From a virus (taxonomy: Duplodnaviria > Caudoviricetes): DNA of 43,197 nucleotides. The stretch covers positions 1 to 43,197 of IMG/VR virus record IMGVR_UViG_3300025653_000069; one strand, 5' to 3'. Under the pieces are notes generated by a model. That model worked only from the letters and a program-made list of their open reading frames with translations. It searched no databases and was not told the DNA's origin. The position numbers and the translations under genes were made by a program. Below are positions 25,601 to 34,564 of this stretch, in pieces (position 1 is the first letter of the stretch; each line of letters opens with the position of its first letter).

Positions 25601-26609
25601 TCTTCCTGACTGCACCAGAGAGAAACTGGATGTGATCGTCAGCTTCAGTATCACGAGTGATAAGGCTGTACCCACCATTCGTCAAGGTCCAGCTATCGGC
25701 CACGGCATCGTAGTAATACTCGCCGGCCCAAACTCCACTTCCGCCAAGAGTGGCGATATCATGTCTACATCCGAGATTGAGGAAGCCGCCAAAGATACAC
25801 GCTGTCGCACCGAAAGTCTTACAGATGTCCTCCAGAACATCGGCGGTGTTGAGATAGTCCGGAGCGGCCTCCAGCTCTCTGAAGCGGTCTGTCTGCCTCT
25901 TGGGAACATTGAAGCTGTCTGCACGCACCCGACACTTGTCCAAGACAAAGTCTCGCTCATCGTAGTCGTAATCCGAGCCGTTATATCCCGTGACGGCGGT
26001 GGGCATGCCGAGCTCACGGATGATAGGAACACTATCTTCATCTAGATAGTTTACGTGATAGTCCTTAAAGGCGGTGAACCCAGGAAGCTTGTTTGCGATC
26101 TCCCGCAGATAGAAGGTAAGTTTCTTGAAACCCGTATAAGGAAGGTCGTCCCCGTCATTACGCCATGGCTTACCCCGCAAAGCAGCGAGACCATCGGTGA
26201 ATGTGACGTCGACCCTGTGATACTCATTTTCTACTCGGATAGAACAATCCTCGATGACCAAGTGACCGTACCAATATGGACCGTCATCCAGATCATTGAA
26301 GAGAAGGCAGAATACGTCACCCTCGGGCAAGTCCAACATCTGCTCCCACGTAGTGAGCTGATCGTCCTCCATCCTGATGGTGAAGCTCAGGGTGGCACCC
26401 ATGATAGCATTGGTGAACCTGTCCTGATCACCGTCCCACTTCAGTGTCAAACCAGGATCATATATCTGTAGCTCAGAAGTGCTACTAACAGACACCGTGC
26501 CAGCCGTGCTGCCAATGATTACTCGGTAAGCATTTTTTGCAAAAACAGCATTCGCCTTATCACCTCTGCGGGCGTAGTAGGTCGTGTCAAAAATGTGTTC
26601 TACAGCCAT
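22602..26609 (-). CDS. Large tail/baseplate protein with a dockerin-like motif
   Basis: 1335 aa directly after the tape measure gene; GDFNDDGSVGSADLLDFL. Confidence 0.7.
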   Translation of the reverse strand: MAVEHIFDTTYYARRGDKANAVFAKNAYRVIIGSTAGTVSVSSTSELQIYDPGLTLKWDGDQDRFTNAIMGATLSFTIRMEDDQLTTWEQMLDLPEGDVFCLLFNDLDDGPYWYGHLVIEDCSIRVENEYHRVDVTFTDGLAALRGKPWRNDGDDLPYTGFKKLTFYLREIANKLPGFTAFKDYHVNYLDEDSVPIIRELGMPTAVTGYNGSDYDYDERDFVLDKCRVRADSFNVPKRQTDRFRELEAAPDYLNTADVLEDICKTFGATACIFGGFLNLGCRHDIATLGGSGVWAGEYYYDAVADSWTLTNGGYSLITRDTEADDHIQFLSGAVRKRTLPIAQVNLTHEEGGSDYLAAYGYFVNPNISFVNLDNAFLYQSFVQASGGGSMSIQGGDISIDGIRDDLFLNFRNSTNEAPVPVVDLPFYKSHVDRTGYLGFEPTTTSDLELASGESIRVNFGGNVKLSHPPPRLQQTSDRLVGSVLIARFRVQFTTTDDVGYRLSRTVHTHVSSNGSQDYITIEEGITSAGDKAYFRKLYNEVEWLKDDHADYDDDGWFEVIIPHGDSDNSGDGYGATLYPLTQEYDGQLSYAPIGTKIKGDNDGAGVILKEVGAGSGTWHYWFRDVLDFELPYGDNDATLSFEEFYIEMGFSLFKPQNGPRPNYTGPGGVGNYTEWSNENPTWRSENADGTGSVGTPPSTEATYGESPDYIHMTGLRVTQGDGSETSDLVTKVTGGDGYEILNLGSSRLGSRIAYSNTHINNVLELKVKDGFTIDDFVSPEEFTQKCKWKGHRGPELSAIPNTEYDSLHGYVAESFLEIFGQTIPYYSLSIKPKNVTGGSNSYMMLKNPFMCILTDQLRDDKSEQEVLMPMSYTWTMNEGVQGEFLVVGKERNLDTTILDYTGRPSRGFGGVIGLPTGVDVIRPVFQSRNVTNNITIDEDSGEVTGITVNTGSTVFDADKVSQGTTNKFGTATQFAKVDHLTVSSDTNLDTLRDNVADNNDKVSFPGFGRTANLALEGDTPTIQDIQELPQVARDDGVADPVTVIAENPELLTLVVESDVAGYTGLKQFTVQQMFQGIVQGGLQDMENDGYIADVADYEGTTSGVLGDFNDDGSVGSADLLDFLVLYGTVYVGDNGAFSSTEVPIDNSNYLNEMLSFYDATDVLPQYFNWDDADVGTVVTGGVSVNTYGSDETPANTVEFVSGTNPQYPITSWTQKKVVISAKGNTNNPHFYAQDSVAGQEKKIVANVRTFDSSGTLLQEQIRVIATVVSVLPGSKTYSWTDVFGAGVSSVVDVPLAGSDIEKIQVRLGVAPSSLDDTLFNFGAIRFTVKMQSVTS
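26229..26244 (-). repeat. Palindrome copy 14, inside the late tail gene
   Basis: Minus strand reads TTCTATCCGAGTAGAA, identical to copy 11. Confidence 0.85.
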
Positions 26610-29600
26610 TATCCGAATGTACGGTCGATAGCGCGTGTGCCGCGCTGGTTAGCGAGTACGATATTGTTGCCACTGATGGACCCCTCTACAGCGAGACCCC
26701 CTTGCTCAAGGCTCTTGGTACCGGGTAGGCTAACCCCTCCTGCGAGAGAGTCAAATCCAAATCCGGCGCTAAGGAAAGACCCGAATGCCTTGCCATCGAA
26801 TTTAACCACACCGAAAGCCGCGAGGATAGCGAAGAGAGCGATGAGCGTGATGAGCTTGCCGACGAGGGCATTGAAGGTGTTGATGAATCCCTGCTTAAAG
26901 GCTTCAAAGAAATCTTCACCACCCTGAGCCGCTTCTACGAAAGCATCACCGATAAAGCTTAGTTGCTGCTGGAAGAACTGGATGGCTTGCTGCTGACGCG
27001 TGAATCCATTGACAACCTCAAGAGCCCCATTGTAGGAGCCGATCAGATCCCTTAGACCGTCTGGGTCGTTGAGGTCTTGCTGATTGAGAATCGCAAAATC
27101 AAGCTCCCTGCGAAGTGACTGTAGTCGCTGCGTGGCAGCTTCAGCGTCGGTAAAGAGGCCAAAGCCTTGAAGCTTTTCAAACTGAGCAGTAGACTTTTCG
27201 AGCTCTTCGGCTTGCTTACCTATGGCCTTCAGGCGAAGGTCCTCCTCAATCGTTTCACTCTCTGTCTTAAATTCTCGGAGTCTCTTGATAGCGATAAAAA
27301 TCGCTTGCTCCAAGTCTTTATAGGGCTGCGTATCAACATCATCACCTGCATTGGCGATGAAGTTCTGAAGCTTATCCAGATTCGCGAGAAGCGTCGTATC
27401 AGTGAGTGAGTCCGTTGCGATAGCAAGCTCTGGAGTGGTACCGGCCAGCGTGTTGAAATCCCGACTCAAGCCCTCCAATACGTCTTGTCTCTTGACATCA
27501 AGCTGACGCAGACTCTCATTGAGCTTGTCTACGTCGGTAACAATCTTGGGGTCGAGGAACCCGAGCTGGAAGTCGAACTTAGTAGCTTCTATCGTCTCCT
27601 TTAGCGCCTCAAGGAGCTCTTTGATTCGAGCAATTTCCTTTTGAGTGCTCGCCGCTGTAGATGTCAAACCGAGCTTGAGAGCGCCCTCAAGCTTGGTCTG
27701 GAGGATGCCGAGCTGACGATTGAGAAAATCAATCTGTTCGAGGTTGCCCAGGCCCTTTAGTGCGTCAGCGAGACCGAGAGCCTCGGCTGCGGCATCACGG
27801 AGTGCCTGTATCTCTACCCGGCGCGAAATCTGTTGCTGAAGATCCTTGTAATTTGCCAGAGCAGACTCAAAGACAGTGGCGAGACTGAAGTCACCTGCCG
27901 CTATGAGCTCTGCTATGTAATCTTCAAGTGCAGATACGACGCCATTGATTGCGGTCTCCTGCTCCTCAATATCCTTATAGCCACCTAAGACATTGCTAAG
28001 AATGTTCTTTGTAAAGAACCCCCTCTTCAGGATGTCACTGAGGTTCTGGGTCTTTTCATTCAGAAGCCCAATGGTTGCCTGAGTGTCAAGCACCCTACCT
28101 GTAGTGGCACCAAACTGACCCGCTACCCCGCGTAGACTCTCCAGGAGCTTATTGAATCTGTCAATAGCGTCCTTGGCATCGGCGGCGTCACCAAAGGTTC
28201 CTGAGAACTCTTCGGATAGTTTTTGAGCTTCCTCAGCCAATCTGAGCTGCTCCTCTTGACGACGTTTCAGCTCCTCAGCAAACTGTAGTCGGAGCTTTTC
28301 ATTGGCCGCCAAATCAATCTCCGTCTTTTCGATTTGCTCAAGGATGCCACTGACGTCAAAAAGCACTTTAGCGACCTCAATGACGACCCTGACGATTCTC
28401 AGACTGAGGCCAAAGATTGAATTTATGAGTCCTACACCAGTACCGATCTTATCGTTTGTCTCTTCGAGGATCCTTGGGAACTGAGCAAAAACCCTTGAGA
28501 AAGGACTATCCCTCTGCTCCTGAAGTCCAGCAAGACCATTGCGGAAAGATTCAGAAATCGCCTTAAAGCTCTCTTCAGCTTGCTGCAATTCCGCTGTGCT
28601 AAACAACGACAAGTCCCCACCACTAAACTGCTTAACAAATTCGTCGACAGCGCGCTCAGCCTCAGCTTCGAGGTTGTTGATACGCAGCGAAACAGACAGC
28701 TCATCTTGACCCAGCCGCTCGAAAGTCTCCTGAGCAGTTAGACCTCCACGGCCCCTGCCGATGAAGAAGGTCTCTCTTCCGTAGTCTTGGAAAGACCTGC
28801 GAATCTGTTGCTGAATCTCCTCTCTCTGAACGAGCGCCTCTGCAATCTCGCCTCCAATACGTTGCGACTCAGCCCTGAATGTCTCCAAAGCCTTGGGCAA
28901 ATCCTTGGCGATGGTATTCTCCGCTGCCTTGATCTTATCGTCAATCTCGACAAAAGAATCCTCTAGCGCCTTGAGAGCCGCCTTATCGGTAGAAGACAAG
29001 CCCTCCTCACCGAAGAGCTGGAATATAGCCCCGCCTCTGAGTTCATCTATCTGCTCCTGAACATCCTTTTGAGCCTTGGTCAGCAACGGCAAGGAATCTC
29101 TGGCAAGAGTATCGGTAGCCTTGATCTGATCCTCGAACTGCTGATTGGCTCTCTTAACAGTTCCGAACGAAGATGAGTAGGCTAGATTCATCGCCACCAA
29201 AGCCGCCGTAAGAGCAGTTACGAGAGTGACAATAATAGCTACGGTGGGGGCAATGATGATACCGCCAATAACCCCAGCTAACTGGGACAGAATAAAGACG
29301 AGTGGGCCGACAGTGGCAAACAGTCCAGCAAGGGTTAGGATAAGCTTCAGCGTATCCCGATCCATATCCTTAACCGCCTGAGCGATGTTCTGGAATATAT
29401 CAGCGAGGTCCAGCATGAATGGCGTGAGAGCCTCACCAATCACGATACCCACAGACTGAAGCGAGTTCTTGATTCTCTCAAGAGAGAAGAAGAGTCGCTC
29501 CTCCAAGCCCGCAGCCATAGCGTCTGCGGCACCCTCAGCGTCCAGGAGCTGAGCCTTCAGGAGCTCAAATTCCTCACCCAGCTCACCAATGCTTGCCGCA

Positions 29601-30397
29601 GCAACACCGGCGCGGTTACGGAAGATCTCGATGAGCTGATTGAAATCGAGCTGCCCCGACGTCAAAAGCTTAATCTCATCACCAGTGACACCAAACTGCT
29701 TACCCAAGCGGATCATCACCCCCTTGAGTCGAGTACCCGCGATACCACCCTTCTGACCGGCGTTGGCAAGCAGACCCAGGAGCGCTACGGTAGTCTCAAA
29801 ATCGTTGCCCGTGATGTTCGCCACCGAACCCACGTTCTTCATAGCCTGAGAGAAGTTCTCAGTGCTCAAGGCCGTATTGCGGAACGCCACGGCCAAGACG
29901 TCCGCCACCCGCCCGGCGTTAAGGTTACTGTTACTGAACTGACGGATAACCTCCGCGATGGTGGTACCCACCTTGGTCAAGTCACCACCGAATACCGTGG
30001 TGATCTTTGTGGTGGCCTCAACAGAGGCAGCCGTCTCTGCCGCCGCGAAACCGAGCTTGCTGAGTTCGAGCTGGAGACCCGCCACCTCAGTACGAGTGAA
30101 GATGGTCTCACGACCCAGCTTAGAGGACTGCTCTCTCAGACGCTCCAGGCCCTTACCGCCTGTTACAGCCTGAAGTTGCGCATCGACCCGGTCAAAGTCA
30201 GCCGCTACCTTGATGGCAGCAGCCCCGACAAGGGCGAAACCAAAAGTTACGGAACGAGAAAATCCCTGACCAAACCCAACTGCTTGCTGACGTAGCTGTA
30301 GTAGCTTTGCAGATACACGCTCACTATTACGAATAAAATTCGTAGTGTCCAGTGTCAGAATCGCAGATAGTCTGCTCAGGGATGATAGACTTGCCAT
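26609..30397 (-). CDS. Tail tape measure protein (TP901-like core)
   Basis: 1262 aa, helical; LANAGQKGGIAGTRL; TM segments; follows the chaperone genes. Confidence 0.92.
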   Translation of the reverse strand: MASLSSLSRLSAILTLDTTNFIRNSERVSAKLLQLRQQAVGFGQGFSRSVTFGFALVGAAAIKVAADFDRVDAQLQAVTGGKGLERLREQSSKLGRETIFTRTEVAGLQLELSKLGFAAAETAASVEATTKITTVFGGDLTKVGTTIAEVIRQFSNSNLNAGRVADVLAVAFRNTALSTENFSQAMKNVGSVANITGNDFETTVALLGLLANAGQKGGIAGTRLKGVMIRLGKQFGVTGDEIKLLTSGQLDFNQLIEIFRNRAGVAAASIGELGEEFELLKAQLLDAEGAADAMAAGLEERLFFSLERIKNSLQSVGIVIGEALTPFMLDLADIFQNIAQAVKDMDRDTLKLILTLAGLFATVGPLVFILSQLAGVIGGIIIAPTVAIIVTLVTALTAALVAMNLAYSSSFGTVKRANQQFEDQIKATDTLARDSLPLLTKAQKDVQEQIDELRGGAIFQLFGEEGLSSTDKAALKALEDSFVEIDDKIKAAENTIAKDLPKALETFRAESQRIGGEIAEALVQREEIQQQIRRSFQDYGRETFFIGRGRGGLTAQETFERLGQDELSVSLRINNLEAEAERAVDEFVKQFSGGDLSLFSTAELQQAEESFKAISESFRNGLAGLQEQRDSPFSRVFAQFPRILEETNDKIGTGVGLINSIFGLSLRIVRVVIEVAKVLFDVSGILEQIEKTEIDLAANEKLRLQFAEELKRRQEEQLRLAEEAQKLSEEFSGTFGDAADAKDAIDRFNKLLESLRGVAGQFGATTGRVLDTQATIGLLNEKTQNLSDILKRGFFTKNILSNVLGGYKDIEEQETAINGVVSALEDYIAELIAAGDFSLATVFESALANYKDLQQQISRRVEIQALRDAAAEALGLADALKGLGNLEQIDFLNRQLGILQTKLEGALKLGLTSTAASTQKEIARIKELLEALKETIEATKFDFQLGFLDPKIVTDVDKLNESLRQLDVKRQDVLEGLSRDFNTLAGTTPELAIATDSLTDTTLLANLDKLQNFIANAGDDVDTQPYKDLEQAIFIAIKRLREFKTESETIEEDLRLKAIGKQAEELEKSTAQFEKLQGFGLFTDAEAATQRLQSLRRELDFAILNQQDLNDPDGLRDLIGSYNGALEVVNGFTRQQQAIQFFQQQLSFIGDAFVEAAQGGEDFFEAFKQGFINTFNALVGKLITLIALFAILAAFGVVKFDGKAFGSFLSAGFGFDSLAGGVSLPGTKSLEQGGLAVEGSISGNNIVLANQRGTRAIDRTFG

Positions 30398-30398
30398 C

Positions 30399-30728
30399 TT
30401 AGAATTTTCTCATTTTCTCCAGGAGAGCCTCTGCCTCTTCAGACGAAGAAACTTGACCTCCCTGACTTTCAATTTGACTAAAGGGGTTGAAGTCGTCGGG
30501 GTTGTACTTCTTACCCTTAGCTGCATTTGCATTAGCGAAGAGAGCCATCATTGCTGATGTACGCTCCCAGTCCCGCTTTAGCGATTGCAAATAACCTTCT
30601 CTATACCAGATGAATTCGCGAAGGGTCAAGCTCCAGAGCTGATCTGGAAGCAAGCCCATCGCAAATCCGGCGCGGTAAAGGGATTCCCAAGTAATCGTCT
30701 CCTCGCTAGGAGACGGGGTTAGTTTCCC
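30399..30728 (-). CDS. Tail assembly chaperone, frameshift-extended (GT-type) portion
   Basis: The -1 frame is open from the slippery site through MGLLPDQLWSLTLREF. Confidence 0.75.
   Translation of the reverse strand, partial: GKLTPSPSEETITWESLYRAGFAMGLLPDQLWSLTLREFIWYREGYLQSLKRDWERTSAMMALFANANAAKGKKYNPDDFNPFSQIESQGGQVSSSEEAEALLEKMRKF
30696..30728 (-). other. Programmed -1 frameshift signal
   Basis: G-GGA-AAC heptamer (30728-30722), 6-nt spacer, hairpin CGTCTCCT-AGCG-AGGAGACG. Confidence 0.8.
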
Positions 30729-31054
30729 TTCTTCTGATCATCTTCGCCACCGAGAGCCGATGACACAGCGGCCATCATCTCTTCGATAGTGTGTGACTCG
30801 TCCAGTGCTTGAGCACACCAAACGTCGAAGTCGGGGAGGTCGGCGGACTTGCCTCGGCGTAGAGCTTCGTTCTTCACTCCGTAGTAGCAAAAGGCAGGAA
30901 CGGCAGTGAGAGGATCTTCCCCCATCCAGTCCTGCACCTTGTCAAGAGGTACCTTAAAGTGTTGACACAAAAGACGCAGTGAGTTAAGCGTCAGCACTGC
31001 CTTGTACTTCTTCTTGCCTACCGTAAAGGCAAATTCTCCTCGTAGTTGATTCAT
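30719..31054 (-). CDS. Tail assembly chaperone (G-type)
   Basis: Between the tail tube and tape measure genes; ends KKGN at the slippery site. Confidence 0.8.
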   Translation of the reverse strand: MNQLRGEFAFTVGKKKYKAVLTLNSLRLLCQHFKVPLDKVQDWMGEDPLTAVPAFCYYGVKNEALRRGKSADLPDFDVWCAQALDESHTIEEMMAAVSSALGGEDDQKKGN

Positions 31055-31074
31055 GTGTGGTTGTATTAAGAGTT

Positions 31075-31106
31075 AAAGGGACGGAGGCAACTACACCCCC
31101 GCCCCC
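31075..31106 (-). terminator. Intrinsic terminator after the tail-tube genes
   Basis: GGGGCGGGGGT-GTAGTT-GCCTCCGTCCC-TTT on the minus strand. Confidence 0.6.
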
Positions 31107-31112
31107 GATAAA

Positions 31113-31631
31113 TTACGCTACTGGGTAGATGTCGTCGACACCTGTAAGCTGAACGTTGTACGTCGCGATTTCGTCTACTGAGCCGCTGAGACTCACCGAC
31201 TCAATGAGAGCCTGACCCGCGTACTCCGTCTCCGAACCATCCTCTCCGACAGACCACTTGACAACGACATAGTCCTTGTCGATAGCCATCTGAAAGATGT
31301 CGGTACCGGTATCGTTAGAGTCTTGGATCAAACCATCAGCGGTCACACTCCATGTCTGAGTGCTCTCCTGGAGCACACCACCGGAGCCGTCACGAGCGAC
31401 ATTCTCGACAGCATTACTGACTTCAATAACGCTATTCGTGGCAGCGCCAGCAATAGTGAGGTCGTAAAAAGTCGCGATAGTGTCCTCGGCCACGCCACGG
31501 AATTGTCCGCTAGTGTTGATTACGAAGGTATCAGCAACGGTGGTGGAGTTGTCCGATGTGGAGACGGTGCGCTTGGAGGACGATCCTTCCAAGTAGTAGA
31601 TGGCTACGCAGTTTGCATTGATTACAGCCAT
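31113..31631 (-). CDS. Tail tube protein paralogue 3
   Basis: MAVINAN...WSVTADGL...GQALIESVSLSG...TYNVQLTG. Confidence 0.8.
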   Translation of the reverse strand: MAVINANCVAIYYLEGSSSKRTVSTSDNSTTVADTFVINTSGQFRGVAEDTIATFYDLTIAGAATNSVIEVSNAVENVARDGSGGVLQESTQTWSVTADGLIQDSNDTGTDIFQMAIDKDYVVVKWSVGEDGSETEYAGQALIESVSLSGSVDEIATYNVQLTGVDDIYPVA

Positions 31632-31641
31632 GATATTCAGT

Positions 31642-32301
31642 TTATGAGTTTACAAATTTGTACAGTTTACCATAGCCGCGAATCGTGGCTGAATAGGTCT
31701 GGGTGGAATCGAAGGTTCCGCTGATGTTAGCAGACTCGATGATTCCCTGTCCGATGTAGACAGTATCGTTTTCGTCGGTGCCCGTCCCGTCCTCTGTATC
31801 AAGCATGTACTTGACGATGACGTACTCACCTCTGTTACACATATCGAAGATCTGAGTGCCTCGATTGTAAAGGACGTTATTCAGGTTTTCGTTGGTGATG
31901 AGGCCGTCACAAGTGATGGTCCAGGTGTTTGCGCCGATGCTCGTGTATGTAGAGGACTTACACTGGTTGCCCTTTGCAACTACCTCATCGACAGCAGTGC
32001 TGAAGTCCAAGGAAGAATTGGTTGCCGCATACGCGAGATCCAGCTCTGCCGACCGGTCAGAGCTAGTGCCCTCAGACTGATCGTAGAAATACACGTTGGG
32101 GCGGCCAGTAGTCAAATACTCAAGCCACTCGTTGCTTTGGTTTACAGCGAACCAAATAGTATCGGCCGGGTCAGCCGTCGCCACTGCTGTAGTTGCCGTG
32201 GCGGTGTCTGAAGCAACCTCCACTCGCATAGGGCTGGTCTGAACGACGTCGTCTTGACGGAGGATATAGACTCCGAGATTATTAGCGTTAAGTAGTGCCA
32301 T
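31642..32301 (-). CDS. Tail tube protein paralogue 2
   Basis: MALLNAN...WTITCDGL...GQGIIESANISGTFDSTQTYSATIRGYG. Confidence 0.8.
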   Translation of the reverse strand: MALLNANNLGVYILRQDDVVQTSPMRVEVASDTATATTAVATADPADTIWFAVNQSNEWLEYLTTGRPNVYFYDQSEGTSSDRSAELDLAYAATNSSLDFSTAVDEVVAKGNQCKSSTYTSIGANTWTITCDGLITNENLNNVLYNRGTQIFDMCNRGEYVIVKYMLDTEDGTGTDENDTVYIGQGIIESANISGTFDSTQTYSATIRGYGKLYKFVNS

Positions 32302-32313
32302 GTCTTTTTGTTA

Positions 32314-33021
32314 TCAGGTTGTGCCAGTAGCATCCCAGCGGTACAAGTTTCCGTACCCACGAATGGTAGCTGAATAGGTTTGAGTGGAGTCAAAAGTTCC
32401 GGATAGGTTCACGCTTTCAATGAAGCCCTGACCCCAGTACTGAACCTCGTTTTCTGTACCACCAGTGCCGTTGATATCGTCTACGTCGAGGACGAAGCGG
32501 ACGAGAACGTACTTCTTATCGCGAGCGATATCGAGGAGAGCAGAGGCGCCGTAGTTGTCGGAGGCGACAGTATCCTGAATCAAGCCGTCAGCAGTTACGC
32601 TCCACGTCAAAGCGCCAACGGTAGTGTAGGTCTCAGATTCACACTGATTACCCTTAGCCACAACCTCATCAATGGTTCGGCTAGAATCAATAGATGTGTT
32701 CGTGGCAGCAGCGAGGAGAGACAACGTGTTCTCGTTGTAAGCCGTAAAGCCTGACGATGTTGAAGCCGTACCCTGGATGGTTCCGATAAGTGGCTTGCTG
32801 ATACTTCCATCAGGGGGCGACCCCTCCCATACGTCATAACCGTTGCTCTTGACAATCAGCATGAAGTCGTTATTTTGTACACCAGTAACATTGTCCCAAG
32901 CATGCTCTACAGCGTCGGCGGCAGTAGTCTCATCAGCCGTGGTCAAGTGAACTGTGTACGGCGTGGTCTGCTGTGTTTCGTACACGTACAGACCCATGTA
33001 ATTTGCATTAAGTAGTGCCAT
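32314..33021 (-). CDS. Tail tube protein paralogue 1
   Basis: MALLNAN...WSVTADGL...GQGFIESVNLSGTFDSTQTYSATIRGYG. Confidence 0.8.
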   Translation of the reverse strand: MALLNANYMGLYVYETQQTTPYTVHLTTADETTAADAVEHAWDNVTGVQNNDFMLIVKSNGYDVWEGSPPDGSISKPLIGTIQGTASTSSGFTAYNENTLSLLAAATNTSIDSSRTIDEVVAKGNQCESETYTTVGALTWSVTADGLIQDTVASDNYGASALLDIARDKKYVLVRFVLDVDDINGTGGTENEVQYWGQGFIESVNLSGTFDSTQTYSATIRGYGNLYRWDATGTT

Positions 33022-33488
33022 TAGATTGTTCTTAGTTTTCTTAAAATCGCGGCAAGTTCTTTGCCGAGGTTTAGTCTGTACGTGCCCAGCGTTGCATTGA
33101 TCGCTGGACGAACGTGAGGTTGAGGAGCGTGGTTTACAGTACCCAATTCCGCGAAGTGATCACGCCACCCCGCCTTGGCGAAAGAGTCGCCCTGGAATAC
33201 ACCCTTGCCACTGACCGCCCCAACACGAATACCGATGACGCGAGGAGGAGTTTTAACAAGCTTCCGCATAGCGTAAGAGCGCGATAGTGCGCCTGTCCTT
33301 ACGGGAGCAAGATTCTCCATCATCTCCTTCATCGGTTTTGCAGCCCTCTTCATGGCGGCGATGAGTTCCTTTTCCCTAGTCTGCAAAGTCATATACTTCC
33401 GCATGAGACGAGGAAGCTGGTCTCCTCGGTTGAAGCCCTTGACGTAGACGTTGGCTACGAACTTTCCTGCTCCGCTTCCAACAGCCAT
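33021..33488 (-). CDS. HK97 gp10-like tail component
   Basis: APVRTGALSRS...FAELGT..HAPQPHVRPA. Confidence 0.85.
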   Translation of the reverse strand: MAVGSGAGKFVANVYVKGFNRGDQLPRLMRKYMTLQTREKELIAAMKRAAKPMKEMMENLAPVRTGALSRSYAMRKLVKTPPRVIGIRVGAVSGKGVFQGDSFAKAGWRDHFAELGTVNHAPQPHVRPAINATLGTYRLNLGKELAAILRKLRTI

Positions 33489-33847
33489 TACACATTGGGA
33501 TTGCTATCATCCTGATTGTCCCGACGGCGACCGCGAAGGCGCATACCCTCGCGACGACCCACAGGCAGGATGGAGTAAAGATTAAAGCGACCCCCGTTCC
33601 ACTCGATGATATCGTCGAAGCGGATGCCACTAACCCAACGGCACTTGAACTCAGCCTTCATCTCACCCACCGTTTGATCGTCGTCGCTAAACTCAGACGC
33701 CCCAGCAGAGGGTGTGCCCAGATGAAGGATGCTGCAACGAACGCCCTCCTTCCATAGAGTCTCTGATTCAACCATGTCGCCCCAGTCATTGATGGTGCGT
33801 GTGACACGGTAGATGTCAATCTTCTCATGTAGACTTCCTGCCTTCAT
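33488..33847 (-). CDS. Head closure / head-tail adaptor (SPP1 gp16-like)
   Basis: MKAGSLHEKIDI...IEWNGGRFNL; gene order. Confidence 0.8.
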   Translation of the reverse strand: MKAGSLHEKIDIYRVTRTINDWGDMVESETLWKEGVRCSILHLGTPSAGASEFSDDDQTVGEMKAEFKCRWVSGIRFDDIIEWNGGRFNLYSILPVGRREGMRLRGRRRDNQDDSNPNV

Positions 33848-34506
33848 TAGAACTGACGTACACTTTGGATTAGACGACGAACGCCCTCCTTCAACTCTGT
33901 CGTGATCCCACCGATATTCTCGGCCTCACGCATGTTGTAGTAGTGACCAACAAGCAGGAGGGCCGCTTGCTTGTATTGCTTGGGCAGGGAGGCCAGGGCC
34001 GTACCTGCCGTGAATGCGAGCTCTACGAAGTCTTCGCTGAACTCGCTAGTCTCATCCAACTGCCCCGGTAGGTTGCGCAAGTTGATGAGAGCGGGGTAGC
34101 GACCTTTCTGCCAGACGTACTCGAAGTCTTCGAGGTAATCGGGATTATCTGCGAGAGGGTCCCCCACTTGATTAGCCGTCACATCCTCGCTAAAGGAGTT
34201 GTCCTTCTTACGGTACTTGATGGTCAAGCTGTCGCCGATGTTCTGACACTTAGGGATGGTGACGCCATGATGGTGAATGACCTCATCGTAATCGAGAGTC
34301 ACCACTACATCATGGGTACCGAGGAGCCGATCGCTGAGCTCCTGCATGTAGTCGATGGCTGCGTCAAGGTATATCTTGAGCAGGTCATCCTCGCTGTCAT
34401 CAATAGCACGTACATGGCTACGCAGCAAAGCGAGCGCGTCAGCTTCAGCGGCGGCAAAGAGTGTCGTCGAAGCGTTGGAGTCGGTACGTGTTACTTTTAG
34501 ATTCAT
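33847..34506 (-). CDS. Head-tail connector (HK97 gp6-like)
   Basis: DDSEDDLLKIYLDAA...KQAALLLVGHYYNMRE. Confidence 0.88.
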   Translation of the reverse strand: MNLKVTRTDSNASTTLFAAAEADALALLRSHVRAIDDSEDDLLKIYLDAAIDYMQELSDRLLGTHDVVVTLDYDEVIHHHGVTIPKCQNIGDSLTIKYRKKDNSFSEDVTANQVGDPLADNPDYLEDFEYVWQKGRYPALINLRNLPGQLDETSEFSEDFVELAFTAGTALASLPKQYKQAALLLVGHYYNMREAENIGGITTELKEGVRRLIQSVRQF

Positions 34507-34516
34507 GCGAGTAGAT

Positions 34517-34546
34517 AAAAGGGGGCCAGGCTATTTCCTAGCCCCC
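34517..34546 (-). terminator. Intrinsic terminator after the capsid gene
   Basis: GGGGGCTAGG-AAATAG-CCTGGCCCCC-TTTT on the minus strand. Confidence 0.8.
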
Positions 34547-34564
34547 AGTTATTTTAGTTGGCTA

